In this document: piece by piece, positions 1 to 10,847 of the stretch
Layout: every line of letters begins with the position of its first letter
Position numbering within the stretch: the stretch's first letter is position 1
From: Cyanophora paradoxa CCMP329
Taxonomy: Eukaryota; Plantae; Glaucophyta
Reading direction: 5' to 3'
Length of the DNA stretch: 64,000 bases
Assembly: GCA_004431415.1 (NCBI GenBank)
Contig: QPMI01000005.1
Location: forward strand, 1 to 64,000
Position numbers and translations under genes: made by a program
The notes under the pieces: generated by a model
What the model was told of the DNA's origin: nothing
Database searches by the model: none
The model's input: the letters and a program-made list of their open reading frames with translations, nothing else

Positions 1-742
1 CGCGCCGCCCGCGGCCGCGCCGGCGCCGCTGTGCTCGTAGCGCGCAAGCATACGCGCACGCGCGGGTCGACGGGGCTCGAGCAACCGAGGGCGATTGTGT
101 GCGATCCGCCGGGCGCGAGGCCCCCGCTCGCGCGCGCGTGTTCGGTCGTACATGTGCCGGCGCCGCGCGCGAGGCGAAGCGAGCTCTGCGAGCCTCGGCG
201 ATCAGAGCGGTACAGGAGCCGAGTGAGAAGGAGCGCGAGCGTACCAAATCGCAGAGAAGCATCGCTGAAGCCGTGATCAGAAGGAGCCTGCACAGCGGGC
301 TGTACCCCAGGCCGGGCAAGATGATGCCAAGATCTCGCTCCAAAGCGAGCGGGCGGACAGCCAGGCGGCCCGAGTGCTGCTGGATTTACAGAAGTACTGC
401 TGAACGAGGAGCGGGTCGACCCGCCACCGCGGACGGCGCTGTGCTCCGCCATGGCCTCGGGCCCGGCTGCCAGGCGGCAGCTGCCGGTGCGCAGGCGCAG
501 CTGCATCTTGATGACTGCAGCTGCAGCTGCGCCTGCGTCCTGATCATGCATATGATCGCTCTGGAAGGCTGGCGCACGATGAAGTGTACGGGTAGTAGTG
601 CACCGGTCCGGAACGCCGTTTATAGGTATATGCAGCTCACAGACCCGCCCGCCTGCCAAGAAAGCAGCGGAGGCCTGCGGCGCGACCGTACCCCGGCGCT
701 TCGGCGTGGCCGTACCCAAGCGCTTCGGTGAATCGGCATTCA

Positions 743-1054
743 TCGCGGCAGGTGCGAAGCCGACGGGTTTCTGGCATCGCTCGCCTGTCGTTCGCTCATT
801 GCTTGCTTGTACCGGCGCGCAGATCCACAGGGCAGCGGGCGAGCGGCCAGCAGATCTAGACAGCACGCGACCGGCGAGGATTTCTGACCGGGCGGGCTCC
901 GTCGGTTCCGAAAGCTCGGCTCTGTTGCGTCAAGGCGATCCGTCGAAGGTGCGCTCCTCCGGGCGGGCGCAGAACCCCGGTTGCTCGCTAGTTGCCGCTG
1001 GGCGGACCCCGCCGGTCTAGAATCTACGAATCGCTTCGAATTCGCTCTGGGCCG
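743..1054 (+). repeat. 5' region shared by the two LRR-TIR paralogues (copy A)
   Basis: Closely matches 9690-10002 (tcgcggcaggtgcgaagccgacggg...cgctctgggccgc). Contains splice-like GT/AG sites, so probably 5'UTR exons and introns. Confidence 0.9.
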
Positions 1055-1472
1055 CACGGTCCACCTAGCAGCGTGCGAGGGGTCGCACTGATCCCACCAA
1101 GCGACGCGGCGGGCGCGCGGACGTTGGCTAAGATGCGGGGCGAGTTGTCGGTGCCGGGCCTGTGGGGGGGGCCCCACGCTCCGGCGTCGCTTGCTGCCTC
1201 GTTCGCCAACCCACGAACGGGGGGAGGGGGGGAGGACCCAGCGCGCGCCCGGGCGTGGGGGTGCAATCTCCCATAGGCCGCCATCGCTCCCCCGAGCCGC
1301 GACTCGGGCGGGGCGGGGCGGCCGGTAAAGGCAGAGCCCGGCGCGCGCGTGCACCGCCCCTGCGGGAGGGGCTCAGCGCGGGCCGGGCGGCCCCCCGCAG
1401 GCTGGGGACCCGCCGGGCGGGGCGGGGGCGCGCTCCCCGCGGCGCGCTTCTGCCGCTGACCGCCCCGCAGGC

Positions 1473-3114
1473 ATGGGCAAGGGGTGGATCCCGGCGGAGG
1501 GGAAGCTGGCCCTGGAGGAGGAGGGGCGGACGGAGTGGCCGGCGGCGGAGATCGCGCGAGCGGGGCCGGCGAACATCCGCGAGCTCGACCTCGGCTATAA
1601 CAAGCTCACGCGCATCCCGGGGGCCGAGCTCGCGAAGCTGACGAACCTGGAGAAGCTGTGGTTGAGCAACAACCGGCTGACGGCGCTACCGCCGGAGATC
1701 GGCCGCCTCACCGCCCTGCGGTGGCTGAACGTGCAGGGCAACCAGCTGACGGCGCTGCCGCCGGAGATCGGCCGCCTCGCCGCCCTGGAGACGCTGGGCG
1801 TGGGTGACAACAAGCTGACGGCGCTGCCGCCCGAGATCGGCCGCCTCGCCGCCCTGAGGTGGCTGGACGTGGGCTTCAACCAGCTGACGATGCTGCCGCC
1901 GGAGATCGGCCGCCTCGCCGCCCTGGAGACGCTGTACGTGAGCGGCAACCCCCTCACGGCCATGCCGGAGCTCCTCAAGAAGAAGAACACGGCTGAACGC
2001 CTCGCATACCTCCGCTCCCTCCCCGCCCCCGCCCCCGCGGTGCGCCCCGCCGCCCCGGCACCCGGCCCCGCCCCTCGCCACCGCGCACTCACCCCGGCCC
2101 CGGCCTCGGCTTCCACCGCGCACTCACCCGCCACCGCAGCCCGCCGCCCCCTCTGCCCCCGGTCCGTGTACCCCGGTGTACCCCCGCCCGTGCTTCCCTT
2201 CCCCCGACGCGAGCCCGCCCCGCAGCGGCGCCCTCTCCGCCGGCCGCCCAGCGCCCCCAGCAGGCGCCTGCTGCAGTCCCGCAGCACCCGCCCCCGCTGC
2301 AGCCGGCCGCCGACGGCAAGGCCTGGGACTGCTTCGTCAGGCGAGTTGCCCGGCCCTCGCCGCTCACCGCAGGCCCTAACGCCGCCGTGCAGCTACGCCC
2401 ACGTCGACGCGGCGCTCGTCTTCCGCTACTGCGACGCCCTCGAGGCCGCCGGCTTCAAAATATGGTTCGCCCCCCTCCAAGGCCTCCCCTCTCCGTGGCC
2501 CCCTCCCCCGCCCCCGCTCCGCTGACGCCCTCGCCCCTCGCAGGGTCGACCGCGAGCTCAAGGCGGGCCAGAGGTGGATGGCCAAGATCGGGGTGCGCGT
2601 CGCCCACCGCTTCGCGCCTTCCAGCGTGCCGAGCGCGCGGGGCGCGGCGCGGGCGCAGGAGGCGATGCAGCGCTGCCGGACGTATGTCTGCTTCCTGTCA
2701 CCGGGGTACATCCGATCCAACAACTGCGACGACGAGGCGCGCCGCGGCCCCCGATTCACGTTCGGGCCGACGATGTTCCTGACCCTCCCGCAGATGCAGT
2801 TCGCCCACCACCAGCTGCGCATCCCCAAGTTCCCCGGTGCGTGCCGCGGCGCGCCCGCCCCGGGCCCTGCGCCCCGCCCCGCCTCACCCTCGGGCGGCAG
2901 TGTGGCTCGTCGACCCCAGGACGGTCGAGCTGCCGGTGGACTACAGGGCGCGCTGCTACCCGCACCCTGCGCTTTCCTGAAATCAGCTTATGCACGTCCC
3001 CAGATGATGCTGGCGTCGGTGAACTGGACGATGCAGCGCGGGGAGGGGGCAGCGGCGGCGGACGCGGCGGCCGGCGACCTGATCGCCGGCCTGCGCGACT
3101 TCCTGCGGCGCTAG
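1473..3114 (+). CDS. LRR-TIR protein (copy A, intact): N-terminal 23-aa LRR array, Pro/Ala linker, C-terminal TIR_2-type domain
   Basis: First coding exon has LxxLxVxxNxLTALPPEIGRL repeats. Splicing at GT/GC-AG sites gives WDCFVSYAHVDAALVFRYCDALEAAGFKIW|VDRELKAGQRWMAKIG|EAMQRCRTYVCFLSPGYIRSNNCDDE|MQFAHHQ...FLRR*. This carries TIR box1 (FxSY) and the alphaC C-x-x-E Glu. Confidence 0.88.
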
Positions 3115-3313
3115 CCGCGCTAGCGGGCCAAGTTGGAGAAAAGCCAGTTGGAGCGTCTGGTTGGTTGGTCTGTTTATATATTGATTCAGTGGGGTAACTT
3201 TCCAATCCAGCTTCGAGTTATGGTAGGCCCCTGATATATATATACATATCTGTCTTAATGTAGCTGATAAATAATACGCCAATACGGCTTAATGTAGCCT
3301 ATACAGGGGAGGG

Positions 3314-3314
<1 letters not shown>

Positions 3315-3407
<93 letters not shown>
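3315..3407. repeat. poly-G tract (~93 nt, one T)
   Basis: Read directly. It abuts the apparent 5' end of the MORN gene. Confidence 0.95.
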
Positions 3408-3408
<1 letters not shown>

Positions 3409-6400
3409 AGGAGGCCACCACCACCGCCGCCACCGGTGCGCCCGCGGAGCCGCGAATGCTCGTCGCGCACATCCTCTGACGATTGGGGACCGCCGCGCAG
3501 CCGCCGGAGGAGCCCGCGCCGCCTCCGCCGCCGCCTGTCGAACTTCCCGTGCTCCCCGAGGTCGATGGAATCCGCGGGGCGGTCGAGGCACGCTGCTCTA
3601 CCACGACGGCGCGAAGTACGAGGGGTGAGCCCGAGCCGCTGCGCCGCGCTCCTCGTGCTCCCGCTTCCCGCGCCGCCGCACCGCCGCCGCACCGCCGAGC
3701 GACCGCCGCGTCCGCTTCCGCGCCCGCGGACCACAGGAACTGGACGAAGGACGTGCGGCACCGGTACGGCACGTACCAGTGGGAGAACGGCGACCTGTAC
3801 GAGGGAGAGTGGGTCGACGATCGGCGCGAGGCGAGCGAGCGAGCGAGCGCGCCGCTCGCTCCGAGGCTCCGCCTCTCCGCCCCTGCTGACCTCCGAGGCT
3901 GCAGGGCTCGGGCCAGATCACGTACAGCGGCGGGGACCGCTTCAAGGGCGCCTTCGTGAACAACCTGAAGCACGGGCCCGGCGAGTACTCCTACGTCAAC
4001 GGCGACCGCTTCGTCGGCGTCTGGGTCAACGACGCGCGGCAGGGCAAAGGTGCGGGGGTGGCGAGCGGGAGGGCGGGATTGCGGGCGCCAGCCGCCCGGG
4101 ACGGTTAGAGTTGATAAAAGGGCACCCAGTGCGAGCAAAGCCTAGACACGCGTGCCGGGCACAGCCTAGACACGCGTGCCGGGCACAGCCTAGTCTTAAG
4201 TCTACGCCACACCTAAGCCTCTTAGGCTATCTCTCCGAGGGCGCCTTCTAAGAGCCTGCTCCTTCTAAGAGCCTTCATCCAGCCTTTAGCGCCCGTTTCC
4301 TGAGCCCAGGCCCCGCAGGCACCTTCTGGTACGCGAACGGGGACCGGTACGAGGGGTACTTCCTCGGGGAGCACAGGAACGGCATCGGTTAGGCTCAGAT
4401 CTCACCTGATCTGATCTGATCTGATCTGATCCGATCGGATCTGATGTTATCTTCGCTCAGGTATGATGCTGTACGCGACCGGGGAGCGGTACCAGGGGCG
4501 CTGGGTAGAGGGGCGCCGCGAGGGCAAGGGCTTCCAGCACCTTCCGAACGGTACCCCCGCCCGTTCTTCCCCCCGTTCATTCCTCCGGCGAGGCTTGTGA
4601 CGGGCGGGGCGGGGGGGTAGGGGATACGTTCGAGGGCGACTTCCGAAACGATTTGAGGCACGGGAGTGGCACGTGCCGCTTCCAGGGCGGAGACGTGCGT
4701 ACCCCTCCTTAACTCCTTCCCCTCCTTGGAGGGGCTTATGAATTGTTTCCCGGGGGGTACAGGTCTACGAGGGGCCGTGGGTAGACGGCCAGATGACCGG
4801 TCCCTCGGGTCTCATGAAGTTCTCCAACGGCGACGTCTACCAGGTACCCGTACCCCACTTCGTCTTCCACCCCCCCCCCCCCGAACCGTCCTGGGGTGCA
4901 GGGCCCGTGGAGGGAGGGCGCGATGGACGGGGCGGGGGGTACGATGACGTACTGGGACGGCCGCGTGTACACGGGCGACTGGCGCCGCAACGTGCGGCAC
5001 GGTGCGAGCCCGTACCCCTCGACTCTTCCACCCCCATTTCTAAAAATAGCGCAGGGCGGGGCGTTATGCTGTACACGAACGGGGACAAGTACGAGGGGGA
5101 GTGGAACCAGGGCGTCCGGCAGGGTCAGGTGGGCCCTCTGCTCCGATCTGATCTGATCTGATCTGATCTGATCTGATCTGATCTGATTTGATCGGATCTG
5201 ATTCGATCTGATCTGATTTTATCTAATATGGCGCGGCGGCGCAGGGCGCGCTCACCGTCGCCGAGTCGGGTAGCCGCTTCTCGGGCGAGTGGCTCGAGGA
5301 CGGCCTCCCCTTCGGTGACCTACCCACCATCCCCACCTTCTAAGCCTCTCAGCTAAGCTTCTAAGCTTCGCAGGGGTGGAGGAGCACCCGAGCGGGGACG
5401 TGTACGAGGGCCCCTTCACGGGCGCCCACGGCCACTCCATCGCCCGCCACGGCCACGGCACCCTCCGGTCCGCGCCGCTTTCTTGGGTCTTGGCCGCCTC
5501 CCCCTCTAGCTTCTTAGGTTTCTGAGCTTCTAATGAAAGGAAGGACTTAGGGCTTCTAAGTACAAGCCGCCTCGCGGCCCACTCGAAGCCGACTAGACTC
5601 GAAGCCCGAAGCTAGCTACTCAGGGCTGATCCGATCCCATCCCATCCAATCCGATCCGATCCTCTCCACTCTCGCGCAGGTTCGGGCCTGCCCTGGGCCC
5701 GGACGGGGAGGTCCTGTACGTCGGCCCCTTCGTCATGGGCGACCGCGACGTGCGCCCCGGCCCCGCCCCCGCCCCGGATTGCCCCCGCTAGATTGAACTC
5801 TAAAAGCTTAACGGACCTAAATGCGAGGCACCGCCCCGCCCGCCCATCCGCCCGGCGCGGCGCGGCGCGGTGCGGCGCGGCGCGGGGCCGCGTTGACCAC
5901 GAAGCGCCCGAGCCTGACTCACGGGGCGGGGCGGGGCGCAGGGCCCCGGGGGCCACGCCGAGTACCGCAACGGCGTCGTCTACGACGGCGGTGCGCCCGG
6001 CCCGGCACGGCGCGGCGCGCATTTCTGCGCCTCGAGAACGGGCCGGGGTCGCCGCCGCTTCTAGAACGGAAGCTCGCCTAGGCGCCTGGCGCCGCGCTGG
6101 CGCGGCCAATACATGGGGCGGGGCTCGCGTCCCTTCGAGCGTCTTCTTAAGAATCTAATAGTTTAATTCCTGGGCGGCTCAAGAGTCTGAAAAGAGCTCG
6201 AAAGCGTTTATTGTCTTCTGAGAGTCGCATGGACGCTGATCGCAAGGGGCCGTCGCTCAGATTTCAAGTCCGGCGCCCGCACCGGCCGCGGCGCGGCGCG
6301 GTACCCCAGGAAGCCCCCGCGCGCCCCCCCGGCCCCCGCCCCGGCCCCAGCAGCGGTCCCGGCTGCTTCCTCTGCGCAGCCTTTTGTCCCCCCCGGCGCC

Positions 6401-7565
6401 TCGCCCTCGCCGGCGCCCTCCCCGCCCGCCTCGCGGCCGGGTACCGCCCCCTCGGAGGCCGCTCAGCCGCCGCCGGCGCCCACAGCGGCGCCCGCGGCGC
6501 CCGCGGCGGCGGAGGGGCGGAGGGGCAGCAGCAGCCCCGCCCGCCCCGCCGAGCCGGCGGCAGAGGAGGAGACCGTCTGGGAGACCTACGAAGGTGCGGG
6601 CGGGCCGCGTACCCCCATTTCTTCCCCCCCCCCATATCCCCGCGCAGGGGACTGGCTCGACAACAAGCGGCACGGCACCGGCACCATGCGCTACATGTCC
6701 GTTACCCCTCCCCCGCCCCCCCCCCCCCCGCTTCCGCCTCATCTGATGCGCCCCGACGGACAGGAACGGGGACGTGTACGAGGGGGAGTGGGCCGGCGAC
6801 TTCAAGTGCGGCCGGGTGCGGCCTGAGCTCAAACCTATTATGAAGCCTAAGCCCAAGAATTAAGAATCTACTAAGATCTAGCTAAGATCTACTATTGAAG
6901 AAAACGACTAAGCCCCTACTAAGATCTATACCAAGGGGGGGCTCGCACCCCCCCCCCCCCCCCCCACCCTCTTGGAACTCAGTCCCCCTCGCCCCGCGCC
7001 GCGCGGCGCCTCTCTTAGACGGCCGGCGCCGCCCCACGCCCTCCTCCTCGCCCCTCCGGGCCCCCCCCCCCCCCCCCCCCCCCTCTCTCTCTCCCCCCTG
7101 AGCTCGAGGGCGCAGGGCCGCGTGCTGTACGCCAACGGCGACGAGTACATCGGCGCCTTCGAGCCGCCCCCGCCCCCGCCCAAGGTCCGCTTCCGCCTGC
7201 GCTAGAGGCCCTTGTATCCAGCTAAGTTTATTGGCGGCTCAGAGTTAAAGGCTCTGAAATCTAAATTTATTAGCGGCTCCTGGTCCGCCGCGCTCGGCTC
7301 CGAGGCCCGCTCCGCCGCGCTTAGCTCACGCCTGCGCCCCGCTCCTTCTATTTATACAAATAGGCCCTTGTATCTAGCTTCATTTATTCACGGCTCACTT
7401 TACTGTCTCCGGCCGCAGCCGGAGACGCCGCCGCCGCCGGCGCCCCCAGCGGAGGCGGCCAAGCCAGCGGAGCCCGAGCCGCCGAAGGAGGCGGCCCCCG
7501 CGCGGCCGGCGAGCCGCTCGGAGGTGGCCCGCAAGACGCCCCCCGCCGGCGCCAAGCGGAAGTAG
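3408..7565 (+). CDS. MORN-repeat protein, multi-exon; 5' end not resolved
   Basis: Many exons encode YEGEWxxxxRxGxGxxxYxNGD motifs (e.g. YGTYQWENGDLYEGEWVDD, TMTYWDGRVYTGDWRRNVRHG, MLYTNGDKYEGEWNQGVRQG). Pro-rich C-terminus ends AGAKRK* at 7565. No clear ATG, and a possible frameshift near 3575. Confidence 0.85.
4125..4235 (+). mobile_element. short intronic dispersed element (copy 1)
   Basis: Shares the 5' end CCCAGTGCRAGC, internal CACGCGTGCC repeats and the 3' end CGCCACACCTAAGCC..TTARGCTATCTCTC with 44775-44874. Confidence 0.6.
5144..5217. repeat. (GATCT)n intronic microsatellite; related tracts at ~4397-4445 and ~5627-5660
   Basis: Read directly. Confidence 0.9.
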
Positions 7566-9689
7566 GCGGGGCGGGCCGGGGCTGTGTCCGCGAAGTGTTC
7601 TTGGAAGTGTGCTTTCTTGGAAGGAAGGAAGCTCAAGGGCCGACCTGGGCTATCCGGGCATGCAGCTAATCATGATCATGAAACAGTCAACGATATCTAG
7701 AATAATCGCTGAGGATCGCCAGCCTCAGAGCTGCAGCTGCAGCTGATCATCATGGCCCAGTGTGGCATCGGATCGTGCCCGTGATCATGACTCGAGCTCG
7801 GCGATCGTGATCAGCCGCTGTGCAGCTGACCGCTGCCAGGCTGATCATCACCGAGTCCGACGGTCATGGGATGCATGACCGTGTGACTCTCAGTGATGGA
7901 TCGGATCACAGCCTGCAGCTGGCAGCCAGCTGCAGGCTGAGTCATGAGCCTCCCGGCGCAGCCTGCCTGGCAGAGCAATTGCAGTGCAGCTGTGGCAGAG
8001 AGCTTCGCAGGTTCACCTCTCGGATCTCGAGGCTGCATGCGCTGTCACGGATCCGGAGTAAGAACACAACTAAAGTAATTACAAGACGCGATCAAAATAT
8101 ATAGACTTCAAACACAACTAGAACTTCGGAATACGGGCAAAAACATAATACGGTGTACAGAATTAAGAGCAAGGGGGTCACGTCGCCTCCGAGGCTCCGA
8201 GGCGGCGTGGAGGGGGGCGGGGAGCGGGCACGGGGGGGTTCCGTGGGAGGATCTGGATCCGCTACATTCAGTCGAGGCGCCGACTCGGAGACGAGGCAGC
8301 TTGGGGGGGAAATCCCGAAAGGCTGCGTGGGACTGCAGCTGGGGAGGTCGGGAGCTAAACGGGCGAGCCTCGAGGGGGGCTAAAAGCGAAGAGGGCCGGG
8401 CGGAAGTGAGCGAAGAGAGGTGGAGCGTAGATCGAGAGGCGGGCCGGGGCGGGGACAGCGAGAGGGACAGGAAAAGGCAGGGGGGGAGGGAGGGGCGGCC
8501 GGGGGAGAGCCGGGGCGGGGACGGCTCAGACGGCTCAGACGGCTCAGATGGCCCCGAGACAGCGGCCCGGGGGCGGCCCGGGGGCGGCGGGGGGGAGAGC
8601 GGGCAGCGAGGCCTGCGGGAGGCGCGGGGGGCCGGCGCCACAAGCCTGCGATCTGCGGGGCGAGGGCGTGGGGGCGAGGCGAGGGCGTGGGGGCGAGGCG
8701 AGGGCGTGGGGGGGGGGGGGGGGGGGGGGGGGGGCGAGGGGGGTAAGCGGGGGTTTGGGGACGAAGGGGTACGGTGTGGCGAGGTGGGCCCTGGTCCCGA
8801 GAAGAAGAGGGGCCGGCGGGAGGGGTACGGGGCGGGCGCCCTCTCTCCTCCGGGCGCGGAGTCTCGGAGGGAGAGGGGGAGGGGCCGGGTCCGGCGGCGT
8901 GCCCGGGGTGCTCGCGCTTCGCGCCTCGGCGTCCTAAGTTAGATGGCCGCCACTCCGCCCTGCCCCGGCCCGGAGTCCGCCTCGCGCTACGCTTCCCTAG
9001 CGACCGCCACTCTCCCTAGCCATAGGGGCGCCGGCGCCGCCCTCACAATCGGCGCTGCGGCGGAGGCGCCCCGCCGTTTCCCGCCGCGCCGCAGCCCGCG
9101 CAGCTGCAGCTGCAGCTGCAGGCCATCGGAGCGCTACGCGATACCGGGTACCGCGGCGCGGCCGCTATATATATAGCTAGCGCTGGCAATCGGACGGCCG
9201 GCGCTCTGCTTCGGCATGGCGTCCGCGAAGCCGGCGTCAATAGTTCAATAGCTAGCGCCAATAGGACGGCCGACGCGAGTGCTCCGGCGCTGTGCTCCGA
9301 TCGATATCCGCCGCTGTGCTCCGATATCGATCCGCCATAGCCTAGCTATAGGCCTCCGCTAGCGCTGCGGCTGCCGGGTCCGAGTCGACGTCGACGTCTC
9401 GCCCGCGTCCCGGTCGCCGAAGCCGGAGACCAGAGCTTCGCTGCTGATTCGGCTGCGTGCTGCTGCCAGTCTGCAGTGGGAAGTACTGAAGTGAAAAGGC
9501 ATGCGCAGCGCTGACAGGTCCGCTCACCACAGCCATATGCATGGAAGCAGCAGTGCCCGAGGTGCGTCCGCACCCCGTACCCCGGCGCTTCGGGCGGCCG
9601 GCCGCGGACGGCGTCGGACGGCCTCGGACGGCGTGTACGTACCGACGCCGCAGAGGGCCTCGGTGTTACGGCGGTGTAGGCGGTGTTTG

Positions 9690-10002
9690 TCGCGGCAGGT
9701 GCGAAGCCGACGGGTTTCTTGCATCGCTCCTGTCGACGTCGTTCGCTCATTGCTTGCTTGTACCGGCGCGCAGCTCCACAGGGCAGCGGGCGAGCGTCCA
9801 GCAGATCTAGACAGCACGCGACCGGCGAGGATTTCTGACCGGGCGGGCTCCGTCGGGCCCGAAAGCTCGGCTCTTCTGCGGGAAGTCGATCCGTCGAAAG
9901 TGCGCTCCTCCGGGCGGGCGCATGGCCTGGATTGCTTGCTAGTTGCCGCTGGGGGGATCCCGGTCTAGAACCAACGAATTCGAATCGCTCGCTCTGGGCC
10001 GC
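9690..10002 (+). repeat. 5' region shared by the two LRR-TIR paralogues (copy B)
   Basis: Matches 743-1054. Copy A has about 400 extra bp before the ATG. Confidence 0.9.
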
Positions 10003-10016
10003 GCGCCCCCGCAGGC

Positions 10017-10847
10017 ATGGGCAAGGAGTGGATCCCGGCGGAGGGGAAGCTGGACCTGGGGGGGAAGGATCGGGAGGAGTGGCCGGCGGCGGAGATCGCG
10101 GCGGCGGGGCCCGAGAACATCCGCTGGCTCGAGCTTTGGGGAAACGAGCTCACGAGCATCCCGGGGGCCGAGCTCGCCAAGCTGACGAACCTGGAGTGGC
10201 TGTGGTTGAGCAACAACCGGCTGACGGCGCTGCCGCCGGAGATCGGCCGCCTCACCGCCCTGCGGTGGCTGAACGTGCAGGGCAACCAGCTGGCGGCGCT
10301 GCCGCCGGAGATCGGCCGCCTCGCCGCCCTGCAGACGCTGTACGTGGGTGACAACAGGCTGACGGCGCTGCCGCCGGAGATCGGCCGCCTCGCCGCCCTG
10401 CAGACGCTGTACGTGGGTGACAACCAGCTGACGGCGCTGCCGCCGGAGATCGGCCGCCTCGCCGCCCTGGAGACGCTGGGCGTGGGTGGCAACCAGCTGA
10501 CGGCGCTGCCGCCGGAGATCGGCCGTCTCGCCGCCCTGCAGGGGCTGGACGTGGAGAAAAATCAGCTGACGGCGCTGCCGACGGAGATCGGCCGCCTCGC
10601 CGCCCTGCGGTGGCTGAACGTGCAGAGCAACCAGCTGACGGCGCTGCCGCCGGAGATCGGCCGCCTCGCCGCCCTGCAGGAGCTGTACGTGTGGAACAAC
10701 CAGCTGACGGCGCTGCCGCCGGAGATCGGCCGCCTTTCCAACCTGCAGAAGCTGAGCGTGGAGAAAAATCAGCTAGCGGCGCTGCCGCCGGAGATCGGCC
10801 GCCTCTCCCGTCTGCAGACGCTGGACGTGAGCGGCAACCCCCTCTGA
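10017..10847 (+). CDS. LRR array of LRR-TIR copy B (276 aa, stops right after the last LRR)
   Basis: Uninterrupted ORF with nine LP(P/T)EIGRL-type 23-aa repeats and an N-terminus paralogous to 1473. TGA at 10845-10847. Confidence 0.85.
   Translation: MGKEWIPAEGKLDLGGKDREEWPAAEIAAAGPENIRWLELWGNELTSIPGAELAKLTNLEWLWLSNNRLTALPPEIGRLTALRWLNVQGNQLAALPPEIGRLAALQTLYVGDNRLTALPPEIGRLAALQTLYVGDNQLTALPPEIGRLAALETLGVGGNQLTALPPEIGRLAALQGLDVEKNQLTALPTEIGRLAALRWLNVQSNQLTALPPEIGRLAALQELYVWNNQLTALPPEIGRLSNLQKLSVEKNQLAALPPEIGRLSRLQTLDVSGNPL

Noticed and set aside
3255-4251. Poly-Pro / poly-Gly ORFs
   Set aside because: These are translations of the poly-G tract. The real coding signal is the spliced MORN gene.
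8100-9260. Possible gene in the G-rich block between MORN and LRR-TIR copy B
   Set aside because: Only low-complexity Gly/Arg/Pro ORFs, with no recognisable domain or consistent exon chain.
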